The notes: a model not told the origin generated them from the sequence alone. Positions 40,165 to 52,724 are shown, counted from the stretch's first letter. The stretch: DNA of 64,000 nucleotides from Chiloscyllium plagiosum (GCF_004010195.1 NC_057716.1:40403821-40467820), one strand, 5' to 3'. Translations and numbers: made by a program.

Positions 40165-42758
40165 CTGTCAAGATATATCAGATCAGTATTAGCAATAAAT
40201 TATCACTCTTAAGTTAATTAACTAAGCATTAGCCACAACGAAGATGGTTACAAATATAAATCACTGTACAAGTCAAAACCAGGCTAAAAATCTAAAAGAT
40301 CTTGAACAGATCTGTAATGACTTTGTACTCACAAGTAACTAAAAATCTGCTGTTTCTAAAGTACACTGAATACTCAAAATCCCAGCAAATATGAGGGGCA
40401 TTAAAGTAATGGTTGTATCTGGCTCCATCTGATCTGATGGTGCCACACATTCATCGGTGCAGAACTTAGTTGTCGAGCATTATAACCCAACGGAGACAAA
40501 TGTGTCATCTCTAGCTTATAATAATTTTTGTAATTATGCTTAACAATCAATGAATGTAGCTTGTTGTACTGTTACCATGCAGTAAACTTATCTTGTACCC
40601 CATCTCATTCAGATTCAATCGTGTTTAATTCCGTTCTAAATGGAATAGTCCCATGTGCTTAGCATAGAAAAGGAGGATTTGTCTCTTCAGAGACTGTTTA
40701 ACCTGATTATAGTTTTGTTTACAACAGGCGAAAGGAGGATTAGTGTATTTGGTTCCCAACCATAAGCTGCTGGTGGTTGATACTACAAATGGTGATCATG
40801 GTGACCAATGACAAGATCATGGCTTATATAGCTCAAAGCAACAACAGTGAAAATTTACATCCATTCAACCAAGCAGGAAACATACTTGGAAGAGAGTGAT
40901 CTTGCTACATTAAGCACATTACTGCTTTATAAATACTCAAGAGTTAGTCGGCAACAGCAACAAATTCTCTCACAGAGAAGCAGGACAGAAGTGGTACTCC
41001 AGAAGAAAACCTCCACATCAGAGCTGGTAGGAGGTGAAGCAAACAGTGTAGAGTAGGAAGAGGATAGAAACTAGTCACACTGGGAAGTGATGGAGTCCTT
41101 ACAGTACAAGGAACTGCAGAACCAAACCAGAACTTCATGATCAAAAGTTTCAAACCCCTGTGGGCAAGTCGGAAAAAATTTAAAATAATGACACAGAGAT
41201 CTGACTGAGAGGACAGAAAGGTAAAAAAAAAACACTTGCCCTTAAAAACTAGTAATGATCCCACATTGAGCTGCAATTGTTTCTGTAAAAGCAGAATTCT
41301 TAGTCTCCTCAAAGGACATACAACAAGATGAAAGTGATTAAGCTATTTCAGCTGCTTCTGAAAGTTTTGTTCAAAATTAATGCAAAGTCATGTTCTGAAT
41401 GAGTCACACAGCTAAACTAATCTGCCTTAAAAAAAACATTTATTTACTTAATGTATTTACTTACCTTTAGCAAACTCATTTGATTGTGAGATACTTGATT
41501 TATGGTGTTATAAACAAACTTGTGCAAAAGCACTTTCAGAATTTGGAGTTTCTTGCCCCTTAAGTTTCACAACTTTCAACATGGATAACAGATACTTACA
41601 CAAAAGAAGAGATTTCAAAATGTTAGAAGATCTAAAAGGTATAATGCCACTAGAGTGAAGTGACTAATGCATTAAACAGAGAAGTCATAGAGCCAGAGCA
41701 TTATGTTATTTCTCCATTTTCTGTTTTTGTGATCTGCCATCATTGAAAGCACCTTAATTTTGCTGTCTTCTCCAAATAGGGGAGACAGAAATGGTTGGAC
41801 AAATTAAACTATGCTAATAAGACAGCAACAATTATTTTTGACACTGGAGATGCACCAAATTAAAAATTTGCAAATTAAGAAAAATTAGTTATTTGTGATA
41901 ACAGCACTATGCATTGTTACAGTTACTTTACCACAATAAATGTCTCAAAGTATTAGATAGGAGCATTACAAAACAAAATGTAGACATCAGTTTATATCAG
42001 CAGTAATTTGGTAAATGACGAACAGCTTTGTCAAAATGGAACACTTCAGAAAACACCTCAAAAGGAGGAAAGTTGGGAGGTGAGCTTGCAGCATGGAGAG
42101 GTACCTCTAAAATGTTGTGGCTATTTCAGAGACATGGATAGAGCAGGGACAGGAATGCATGTTGCAGGTTCCAGGGTTTAGATCTTTCATTAAGAACAGG
42201 GAAGACGGTAAAAGAGGGGGAGGTGTGGCCTTGTTAGTCAAGGATAGAATAACGGTGACTGAAAGAACTTTTGATGGGGACACGTCTACTGAGGTGGTAT
42301 AGGCTGAGGTTAGAAACAGGAGAGGTCTCACTGCTGGGAGTTTTTTTTATAGGCTTCCACAGAGTTCCAGGGCTATGGAGGAGAGGATCGGCAAAACAAT
42401 TCTGGATAGGAGCGAAAGGAACAGGGTGGTCATTGTAAGGGGCTTTAACTTCCCCAACATTGATTGGAAATGCTATAACTCTATTAGGTCAGTTGGATCA
42501 GTTTTGTCCAACGTGTGCAGGAGGGTTTCCTGTCACAGTATGTCAAAGGGCCAACAAGAGGGGAAGCCACACTGGATCTAGTGCTTGGTAATGAACCAGG
42601 CCAAGTATTTGAATTAATGGTAGGTGAGCACTTTGGAGAGAGTGACCATAATTCAATTACATTTAATTTAGCGAAGGAAAGGGATAGATACATGCCACAG
42701 GGCAAGAATTATCAATGGGGCAAGGGTAATTATGTGATTAGACAAGATGTAGGACGCA

Positions 42759-43124
42759 TAGATAAAATCATGAAGGGTATAGACAGGGTGGATTGAGACA
42801 AGCTTTTTACCAGGGTGAAGGATTCAATAATGAGAGGTCACACTTTCAAGGTGAGAGGTGGAAAGTTTAAGGAGGATACACACGACAAGTACTTCACACA
42901 GAGGGTGGTGGGCATTTGGAACATGTTGCCAGCAGAGGTGGTCGAGGCAGGCACGGTAGATTCATTTAAGATGCATCTGGATAAATGTATGAGTAGGTGG
43001 TGAGCAGAGGGATACAGATGCTTAGGAATTGACCCACAGGTTTAGACAGTACATTTGGATTGGCTCAGGCTTGGAGGGCCAAAGGGCCTGTTCCTGGGCT
43101 GTAAATTTTCTTTGTTCTTTGTTC
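42759..43124 (+). mobile_element. Second CR1 3' fragment nested in CR1
   Basis: KIMKGIDRVD...FTQRVVGIWNMLP and tail GGGCCAAAGGGCCTGTTCC...TTTGTTCTTTGTTC interrupt the host ORF2. Confidence 0.85.
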
Positions 43125-43671
43125 ATAAAATGGGGTAGGAAGATGCAGGGGATAGGGACAATCAAAATGTGGAGCTGATTTAAGGAAGAGATAGTGTGTG
43201 TCCTTGATAGGTAAGTCCCTGTCAGGCAGGGAGGAAGTGATAAGGTAAGGGAACCGTGGTTTACTACAGAAATTGCACCTCTTGTTAAGCGGAAGAATGA
43301 GGCTTATGTGACGATGAGACAAGATGATTCAGATGAGACATTGGAGATTTAAATCCTTGCTAGCTAGTCTGTAAAGAGAGAGTCAAGAAGAGCAAAGAGT
43401 GGACATGAGCAGTCTTTAGCAGGTAAAATAAAGGAGAACCCTAAATGTTTTCTACAGGTATGTAAGGAATAAAAAGCTGACTAGGGTAGGAATAGGGCCA
43501 GTCAAAGACAAAAGTGGGAAATAGTGTGTGGATCCTTTGAAGATATGGAGAGGTGCTAAATGAATATTTCTGATCGGTTTTCACTCAGGAAAAGGAGAAT
43601 ATTGTAGAGGAGAAGAATGAGATACGAGACATTAGACTAGAAAGGATTGAGATTGGTAAGGAAGAGGTGTT

Positions 43672-43900
43672 GAAAATGTGTTGCTGGAAAAGCGCAGCAG
43701 GTCAGGCAGCATCCAAGGAACAGGAGAATCGACGTTTCGGGCATAAGCCCTTCTTCAGGAATAAGCCCTCTCATTCCTGAAGAAGGGCTTATGCCCGAAA
43801 CGTCGATTCTCCTGTTCTTTGGATGCTGCCTGACCTGCTGCACTTTTCGAGCAACACAGTTTCAGCTCTGATCTCCAGCATCTGCAGTCCTCATTTTCTC
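43672..43900. mobile_element. Short fold-back PLE insertion with two oppositely oriented hammerhead motifs (43731-43758 minus, 43777-43804 plus)
   Basis: About 90-bp inverted arms; 14-bp TSD AAGGAAGAGGTGTT (43658-43671, 43901-43914). Confidence 0.85.
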
Positions 43901-44692
43901 AAGGAAGAGGTGTTATCAATTCTAGAAGGAATGAAAGTAGACAAGTTCCCTGGGCTGGATGGGATTTATCTGAGGATTCTCTGGGAAGCTAGGGAGGTGG
44001 TGTTGGAGCGTTGGGCTTTGATCTTTTGTGTCGTCATTGTCTACAGGTTTAGTACCACAGGACTGGAGGATTGCAAATGTTGTGCAATCTCTACCTGCAC
44101 TAGAGATGATGCAGGTAGTGAGCCACTATGTCTGTTGTAGGAAATGTTTTGGAAAGGATTATAAGACATAGAAATTATAATCTTAGCAAGCAACAATTCA
44201 ATTGCAGATAGTCAACATGTTTTCGTCAAGGGCAGGTCATTTCTCACAAATGTCACTGAGTTTTTTGAGAAGGTGTCCAAGCATGTGGATGAGGGTAGGG
44301 CAGTTGAAGTGGTGTACATGGACTTCAGTAAAGCGTGTGATAACATTATACATGGTAGGAGAAAGTGGGATTGAGGGTGATTTAGCAGTTTGGATTAGAA
44401 ACTGGCTTTCTGTAAGAAGGCAGCGAGTGTGGTCGATGAAAAATATTCAGGCTGGAGTCTGGTTACTAGTGGTGTGGAACAAGAATCTGTTTAGGACCAC
44501 TGCTGTTTGTCAATTTTACAAGTGACTTAGACGCAAGCATAGGTGGATTGGTTAGTAAATTTGCAGATGACACTAAAGTCAGTGGAGTAGTGACAGTGTG
44601 GAAGAACGTTGCAGGTTGCAGGGGGACTGGGATAAACTGCAGAATTGGGCGGTGAGGTGGCAAATGGAGTTCAGTGCAGCTAAATGTGAGGT

Positions 44693-45010
44693 TTAGATTA
44701 GATTAGATTAGATTACTTACAGTGTGGAAACAGGCCCTTCGGCCCAACAAGTCCACACCGACCCGCCGAAGCGCAACCCACCCATACCCCTACTTTTTGC
44801 CCCTTTTAACCTAACTCTATGGGCAATTTAGCATGGCCAATTCACCTGACCCGCACATCTTTGGACTGTGGGAGGAAACCGGAGCACCCGGAGGAAACCC
44901 ACGCAGACACGGGGAAAATGTGCAAACTCCACACAGTCAGTCGCCTGAGTCGGGAATTGAACCCGGGTCTCTGGCGCTGTGAGGCAGCAGTACTAACCAC
45001 TGTGCCACCG
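44693..45010 (-). mobile_element. HE1-like V-SINE nested in CR1
   Basis: Splits CR1 AAATGTGAGGT|GATTCACTTTGG; (TCTAA)n tail. Confidence 0.9.
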
Positions 45011-45782
45011 GTGATTCACTTTGGGAAGAATAACTAGAAGGCAGAGTACTGAGTCAATGGAAAGATTCTTGGTAGTGTGGATGTACAGAGGGGTCTTGGA
45101 GTCCATGTACAGAGATCCCTGAAAGTTGCCACCCAGGTTGATAGTGCTGTTAAGAAGGCATACGTTGCGTTAGGTTTTATTGGTAGAGGGATCGAGTTCC
45201 AGAGCCGTAATGTCATGGTGCAACCATACAAAACACTAGTGCAGTCGCATTTGGAATATTGTGTACAGTTTTGGTCACCCCCATTACAAGAAGGATGTGG
45301 AAACACTGAAAAGATGCAGAGGAGATTTACCAGGATTTTGCCTGGTCTGGAGGGAAGGTCTTATGAGGAAAGGCAGAGAAACTTAGGTCTGTTCGCATTA
45401 GAAAGAAGAATGCTAAGAGGGGATTTGATAGAGACATAGAAGATGATCAGAGGATTACACAGGGTAGACAGTGAAAGTCTTTTTCCTAGGATGATGACGT
45501 CAGCTTGTACGAGGGGGAAATAGCTACAAATTGAGGGCTGATAAATTTTAAGACAGATGTCAGAGGCAGGTTCTTTACTGAGAGAGTAATATGGGCATGG
45601 AATGCCCTGCCTACCAAAGTAGTTAACTCTGCCACATTAGGAATATTTGAACAATCCTTGGATGAGCATATGGATGACAATGGGATAATGTAGGGCGATG
45701 GGCTTAGATTAGTTCACAGGTCAGCGCAACATAGAGGGCCAAAGGGCCTGTTCTGCGCTGTATTGTTCTGTGTACTATGAAA

Positions 45783-46390
45783 TCTTCGAGGAGAAAGTGA
45801 GGTCTGCAGATGCTGGAGATCAAAGTTGAAACTTTATTGCTGGAACAGCACAGCAGGTCAGGCAGCATCCAGGGAACAGGAGATTCGACGTTTCGGGCAC
45901 AGGCCCTTCTTCAGGAATGAGCAGAGAGTGTTCAGCAGGAGAAGATAAAAGGTAGGGAGGAGGGACTTGGAGGAGGGGCGTTGGAAATGTGATAGGTGGA
46001 AAGAGGTCAAGGTGAGGGTGATAGGTCGGAGTAGGATGGAGGCGGAGAGGTCAAGAAGAAGACTGCAGGTCAGGAAGGCGGTGCCGGGCTGGAGGGATCC
46101 GGCTGAGACAAGGTGGGGGGAGGGGGGATGAAGAAACTGGTGAAGTCCAAGTTCATCCCCTGCGGTTGGAGGGTTCCCAGTCGGAAGATAAGACGCTCCT
46201 CCTCCGACCGTCGGGTTGTTGTGGTTTGGCAGTGGATGAGTCCAATGACCTGCATATCCTCGGTGGAGTGGGAGGGGGAGTTGAAATGCTGTGCTACAGG
46301 TTGGTTGGGTTGGTTCGTCCGGGTGGCCCAGAGGTGCTCTCTGAATCGCTCCGCAAGTAGGCGGCCTGTCTCCCCAATATAGAGGAGGCC
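45783..46390 (-). mobile_element. Penelope-like element 3' end (GIY-YIG C-terminal part and pLTR)
   Basis: GLLYIGETGRLLAERFREHL...PVAQHFN...EERLIFRLGTLQPQGMN; 9-bp flanks ACTATGAAA (45774-45782, 46391-46399). Confidence 0.88.
45883..45918 (-). ncRNA. Minimal hammerhead ribozyme motif, intact-looking, sense to host pre-mRNA
   Basis: ATTC-CTGAAGA-A-GGGC-CTGT-GCCC-GAAAC-GTC-GAAT: 4-bp stem I, 4-bp stem II, conserved core, GUC site. Confidence 0.72.
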
Positions 46391-46917
46391 ACTATGAAAG
46401 ACAGGGAGAGGGAGAGAGGCAGAGAGATTGCAAAAGGGAATTCCAAAGCTCAGAGCCAAGGTAGCTAAGGGCAAAGCCAAAATCAGAGGCATTCCACAAG
46501 CCATTTTGAGAGACGCACAGAGCTGAAGGAATGGTGGAGATTCTAGAAGCTAAGAGAGGACCATCTATTGGTTGTTATCTTCCCACTCTAAGTAAATGTA
46601 GGCAACCATTTGAATTGTAATGTTTTTCAGGAAGACATTTGGTTTCTGAAATCCTATTTTGCCCCGTTCCACACCCCTGCCCCACCAATCATCTTCAATT
46701 TAAAATTCCAATTCCCAGGAAAAAATATATTCCTAGAATATATAAATCATAACATTACATTCATAACATTACTGTTCAAAAGATTTTGATTGTCTCAAAG
46801 CATTTTACAGCCATTGTAAAATTATAAGATATAGTAAGAGAGAATTAATTAGTGCCTTTCATGACCATCTGATATCTCAAAGTGCTTTACAGCCAACCAA
46901 GTTCCTTTGAAGGTTTA

Positions 46918-47094
46918 AATCAAAAAATGTGGTGCTGGAAAAGCACAGTGCATCAGGCAGCATCCAAGGAACAGAAGAGTCAATGTTTCGGGCATAAGCC
47001 CTTCATCATTCCTGATGGCTAACCTGCTGTGTTTTTCCAGCGCCACACGTTTTGACGCTGATTCTCCAGCATCTGCAGTCCTACTTTCTCCTAG
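46918..47094. mobile_element. Short fold-back PLE insertion, older and partly deleted
   Basis: Same family as 3013 and 43672; 13-bp TSD CTTTGAAGGTTTA (46905-46917, 47095-47107). Confidence 0.8.
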
Positions 47095-47107
47095 CTTTGA
47101 AGGTTTA

Positions 47108-47392
47108 GAGGGGTAGTTTTAAGGTGAGAGGAGAAAGATTTAAAAGAGACCTAATGGGGCAACTTTAGCACACGAAGGGTGGTGCATGTATGGAATGAGC
47201 TGCCAGATGAAGTGGTGGAGGCTACTACAATTACATTTGAAAGGCATCTGGATGGACATATGAACATGAAGGATTGAGAAGAATATGGGCCAAATGCTGG
47301 CAAATAGAGCTAAATTAGTTTAGGATATCTGGTCAACTTGGACAAGTTGGACCAAAGGGTCGGTTTCTCTGCTGTAAATCTCTATGACTCTA
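47108..47392 (+). mobile_element. CR1 3' end
   Basis: Reverse complement of the 29661 copy; tail CTCTATGACTCTAT. Confidence 0.85.
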
Positions 47393-47475
47393 TAAGTTTG
47401 GTCAGTTTTGAAATGTGGGAACTGCATCAGCTGAATTTTAAAAAGGTAAGTATTCTCTTTTTCCTTTCTATCCTC

Positions 47476-47650
47476 CCAGTGTGAACAATGACCCTTGATC
47501 ACCACCCTCTGTCTCCTATCGTCAAGCCAACTTTGTATCCAATTGGCTAGTTCGCCCTGGATCCCATGCGATCTCACCTTACTAACAAGTCTATCATGCA
47601 GAACTTTGTCAAAGGCCTTACTACAGTCCATATAGACAATGTCTAGTTGT
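47476..47650 (-). mobile_element. CR1 RT fragment
   Basis: MDCSKAFDKVLHDRLVSKV..HGIQG....WIQSWL..RRQRVV. Confidence 0.85.
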
Positions 47651-48162
47651 GACCGCTCTCTCCAGGTGGAAATACTTTTCCATTTCCTTCATCAAATACT
47701 GTATTTCATTAGGTCACTCATCATTTTTGAGAGAGAGAAAAGCCTGAGTAAATACTTTTTATACCTTCTCCATTGTCTTTTTTTATATAGCATTTAACAT
47801 AACACTTTTGCTTTTTGACTTTAATGTTAAGAATCCCAATAACTTTATTTAATTACACAAGTTGCTACATTTCATGATTTTTTTTTGCAGTTGTATTCTT
47901 TTTTCTCAGACCCCCATTTTGTTAGTTCCTCCCCAAGTCTTCTTTTTGTGATAAGTGAAATATATCCTCTCATTCCCAAAGTTTATTTTCTTATATTTTA
48001 TCTCATCATCTTTGGTATGAATGACATTCCACCTAATTTGGTGTCTTTCACAAATTTTGAAACTGTATTTCTGATTCCAGAGTTTATTATCACTATTAGA
48101 CTTCATAAGGTGAGAGTGTTTTAAACTTCAATTTACATTAAGCAAAATGCCTTGGAACGGGG

Positions 48163-48253
48163 ATTAGATTAGATTACATTACATTACAGTGTGGAAACAG
48201 GCCCTTCAGCCCAACAAGTCCACACCGACCCGCCAAAGCGTAACCCACCCATA
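48163..48253 (-). mobile_element. HE1 SINE 3' tail fragment
   Basis: Nearly identical to 44693-44784. Confidence 0.8.
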
Positions 48254-50455
48254 ATGACGCGAGTGATGTGATATACGAATTCTACCAGTAATAGACCCAT
48301 TCAATTCAATTGACAAGGGGACAGGAGACCATGGTCAACTGGAGCGATAGCAGATATGAGCTTTAGCACTTTCAAAGGAAGCAGATCTTATCTGATTCAG
48401 ACTCCCAGAGCCAGTGAGACCAACAGACTTAGGGGAAATAGACCACTATAGATACTGCAATGCCAGTCCAAATAAATGGCTGTTTTTTTTGCGATAACCA
48501 CCAATTAAATGCTGGTAAGGATGAAATCCATGTTCAAGGAAATCAGTGTTGTGCATTTTACAAGCCTACTTAATTATGTTTAAAGAGTTGAGTGAAAAGG
48601 GTGGTTATTTTAAAAGAATACTGGAATATACACCTTGGCAAAGCAGGGAGAAGGATCCTATTAATATTGGGAAGAATTGGACTTTACGTTAAAGCTGCAC
48701 ATATACAAAGAGTGAGTCGAACATACCAATACTACATACCAATAAAATGGGCAGGGATGGGGGGGGGGGTGAACAGATTTTTTGTAGTTTAGTGTATTAT
48801 TTTCCTATTAAGTAACATATAGTTAACATGGATCGTGGCATGCTTATTTTGATAATATTCTTTTTGTGTAGGTCACTTGGATATATGTAACTGTTTTAAA
48901 AGTTATTGGTCTCTAAGGAGATTCTAATTGTAAATTGTGTATGTAAATTGTTACCAACAGCCCTAGTACCAATCCTAGTGGATCCTCTCTTCCATCCTGC
49001 TACCAATTTGAGGAGCCATCCACAATCCATACTCGATGTCATCTGCTACTTATCCCCTGACTTCACATGCCCCGATCTTAGTTGCGCATCTTCCATCAGC
49101 ACCTTATCAAAGGCCTTTTGGAAATCCAGACTTACAATGTGTGCCACATCACTCTTATGAATCCTTTCTGTTACTTCTTTTTAAAAGGAAAATCTAAAAT
49201 ATTGATTATTCCTTTTAGAATCAATGATGACCATTAGTCGTGTTTCCTGTTTCTTGATCGTGTTCTACTGCATATTTGATTAAGATATCATTTCTTTCCT
49301 ACCACTGACACTGAATTATTTGGTCTCCAAATTGCTCAATTTGTTCCATGTGCTTTTTAAACACAGGAGCCACATAAGCAGTCTGCCACTTCTTGAGCAC
49401 TATTCCCTTCCTGCTGGTAATATGAGTGATTCCAATTGTTGAACGTTTGCAGAAACTCCTATCCACAGTATACCCACAGTGTTTATTCCTCATCTGGCAG
49501 ACCAAACACTATATTATATTCGGACAGTCATGATTGACTTAGCTGGTCACGTAACCAGAATGCCTCTGTGAATTTTGTATGGAGGACTTGACTCTCCAAT
49601 ACACTACTATGGCAGATATATAAAGCAATACGAGGATATTGTGACGGTTTCACTTAGGTGTTTTGGTATTGACCTTGTGGTCCACTATAAGCTCATGAAT
49701 AATCTGCATTTGGTGCAATCAAGTAAAAACAGCATCTCAGAGCCATACTACATGGAAACAGACCCTTTGATCCAACTCATCCATGCCAACCAAGTTTCCC
49801 AAACTAAATTTGTGACAAAGCAAACATCAGAGACAGAAAAAAAAAACACAAGGAGAGGAAATTCTCAGCCAGTGTCCAGATATCAGTCTCCAAAGTGTCC
49901 TGTCCAGCATACAGTAGAACATTCCAAAGCCCATTGGCCTTCACAGTCACTGGTGCACCCATTGGTATACCAGCAGACACTGCAAATGAAGAAGATGGTC
50001 ATCCTCACCCTGAAAGATGAACTAGATCAAACAGTAAGCAGCTGTTTTATCACAACCAGGGACAAGGGTCTAACTCGCATTGAATTGTATCAAAGAAACT
50101 GTACCTAGATGACTAGCTAATCAAAAAGCTAATTATGGAATATTTCTAATAATCTATTCTAAGAATATATGCATAATCCCTAGTTGCCCCAAGTTGGTAG
50201 AATTTGATGGTTTTCTGGGCTATTTCAAAGGGAGGTTAAAGATGCTCCATGTTGGAATGGGACTAAATACCTTTGTCAAAGAGATCTGTGCACACATACA
50301 ACAAATGCAGGTAATTCCAGATAAATAGTTGTAGGATTTTTAAAAAAGTTTATGCTCAGTCTACATAAAAAAAACAACCTGTTTAATCATGAACCATTAT
50401 TCGTTCATGACCGACTACATAAATCTTATGTACCCTTTGGAACAGAAATTCTTAC

Positions 50456-50645
50456 CTTCAGTTGATGGCCCAGACAGTGCTAGATTTGCGGATCTGTTTT
50501 CTTCTGATAGCACAGTAGACTCTGCAACACACCCATTTTCTGTTTCAGAGACTTGCCAAGAGTCTCTGCTTCTTGCCCAAGCTTTCCTTTTATCCTTTGC
50601 ATTTCTCCAGCTATGTGCACGGCCAGATAAAACTGCCTCATCCAT
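50456..50645 (-). CDS. ITPRID2: Coding exon 1 (MDEAVLSGRAHSWRNAKDKRKAWARSRDSWQVSETE...PSTE), ends phase 1
   Basis: ATG at 50645, donor GAAG|GTAAG after 50456; upstream acceptor TTGCAG|G at 50683 implies a spliced 5' UTR. Confidence 0.88.
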
Positions 50646-51813
50646 AGTTACAATTACACTTTTAATTCAATGAAGAAGTCAACCTGCAAGTCCAGGACAA
50701 AGGATAACAATTAATATGCCAGATCATCAGAAAAACAGAGTTTCAACCTTTCCAGTTATCTAAGCTAAGTGATAAGTGAAGGCTTGCCAGTAGCACAAAT
50801 GTCCCACTGCTGCGATTCCATATAACATGCCAACTCACCAGCTTACGGACAAATAGTTGTTTTTTGTTACAAAACTCGTACTATTGCCAAAAAGAAATAC
50901 ATTTTCTGAAAGCTTTTCACATCATAACATGAAGTTGCCGGTGTTAGACTTGGTGGACAAAGTTAAAAATCACACAACACCAGGTTATCATCCAACAGGT
51001 TTATTTGGGTTTACAAGATTTCGGAGTGCTGTTGTCAAGTAATCAATGGGGTAGGATCATAGGACACAAAATTTAAAGTAAAACACCAAAACGTCATACA
51101 AATGATGCAATGTATTGAATAAACCTAGATTGCTGTTAAGTCTTTAATCATTTAGAATGAGTTGTAGGTTTCAACTCATTAATATGTAAATCGCATAACT
51201 TATTTCAAGGCACATTCGAGATAACTTAATGTTTCATAAAAACAAAGGTGACATCTCAGCTCAGACAATGCATTAAAAGTGTGAGGTCAGAGTCCGTCTG
51301 TATCCCAACCTTGGGTCAGATTGGTTCTATTTCCAAAGTAGGAATTTATAAAATGTCACATGCACTGACTGCCTATAGATTGTGCACTTTTTGAACAAAA
51401 TAGAATGCATCTGCAAATGCAAATTCACCCCATAAACTTATGTGTGTATGTCGGGGGGTGGGAGAGGGGAAGAAGAGACACAGAGAGAGAGACAGACAGA
51501 CAGAGACAGAGAGAAAGAGAGAGATGTGGGGGGAGGGGGGGAGAGATGGTTTGCTTGACAGAGTGCATATGCAAGTGTGACAGAGTCTTTGTAAGTGTGT
51601 GTATGTGTGCGAGTGCGAGTGCGAGTGCGCGTGCGCGAGTGTGTGTGTGAGAGAGAGTGTGTAAGAGTGAGAGAGTCAGTCTGGGGGGACGGAACACTTC
51701 AGCGGTCAAGGACATTCGGCCTCGGATCTTCAGGTGACCATTTTCCAAGGTGGACTTCAGGATATGCAACAATGCAGAGTGGCTGAGCAGAGGCTGATAG
51801 CCAAATTCAGTAC

Positions 51814-52039
51814 TTAGATTACTTACAGTGTGGAAACAGGCCCTTCGGCCCAACAAGTCCACAACGACCCGCCGAAGCGCAACCTACCCAGACTCATTCC
51901 CCTACATTTACCCCTGCTCATAACATTATGGGCAATTTAGCATGGCCAATTCACCTAACCTGCACATTTTTGGACTGTGGGAGAAAACCCACACAGACAC
52001 GGGGAGAATGTGCAAACTCCACACAGTCAGTCGCCTGAG
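51814..52039 (-). mobile_element. HE1 SINE (5'-truncated, internally deleted) nested in PLE
   Basis: Interrupts PLE coding text between GCCAAATTCAGTAC and GATGGCCTTAACCGGG. Confidence 0.82.
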
Positions 52040-52689
52040 GATGGCCTTAACCGGGACTTTGGGTTCACGTCACACTACAGATGATCCCACCACACATTAC
52101 TCTCGCTCACACACACACAGCACATATGATCACATTCACACAGACCCTCTCTCATTCACATACACACCTTCTCAAAGGCATATACTCTGTCACACTCGCG
52201 CACACACTATCAAGCATACACACACTCTCACTCTCCCTCTCTCTCACACACACTCACCCCATAGACGTAAATGTAAATGTGCCTTTTCAGATTTGGACTT
52301 GTAGGTACATTCTATTAGTTCACAATCTCGAGGTAGTCAGTCCATGAGACATTTTATCAATCCCACTTAGAAAACAGAATAAAATCTGACGTAATGTTGC
52401 AATACAGACAGATTCTAACCTCACATCATAACTCATCTCTAACCTAACCTCACAAATGAATTGTTGGAGCTGAGATGTCACCTTTATTTTTTAAATAAAA
52501 CCTTAAGTTATCGCGGGAATATGACTTGAAAGTAGTTCTGAGATTTACATGTTAACAAGTCAAAACCTGTAGCCTCATTCTAAGTCACTAAAGACTTAAC
52601 AGCAACCTAGGTTTATTCAATTGCATCAGTTATATGACGCTTTGATATCTTACTATAAAGTCTGCGTCTTCTGATCCTGCCCCACTAGT

Positions 52690-52724
52690 TACCTGAAGAA
52701 GGAGCAGTGCTCTGAAAGCTTGTA
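52690..52724 (+). ncRNA. Minimal hammerhead ribozyme motif
   Basis: TAC-CTGAAGA-A-GGAGC-AGT-GCTCT-GAAAGCTT-GTA. Confidence 0.62.

Larger units (their letters stand above)
42080..45780 (+). mobile_element. CR1 LINE, most of ORF2 (APE endonuclease and RT), frameshifted, with nested insertions
   Basis: AISETWI...GKRGGGVALLVK, GFNFPNIDW, PTRGEATLDLVL, SDHNSI, FADDTK, HLEYCVQFW and 3' tail. Confidence 0.92.
1..50683 (-). other. ITPRID2: ITPRID2/SSFA2 (KRAP)-like gene span, 11 coding exons in window, 3' end beyond left edge
   Basis: Spliced translation matches remembered SSFA2 motifs in order: [140 protein letters not shown]. All introns are GT-AG with matching phases. The symbol is the best family match; orthology is not proven. 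Confidence 0.85.

Noticed and set aside
49575-50108. 177-aa ORF
   Set aside because: Antisense to the gene, includes a CR1 tail fragment, no recognisable domain
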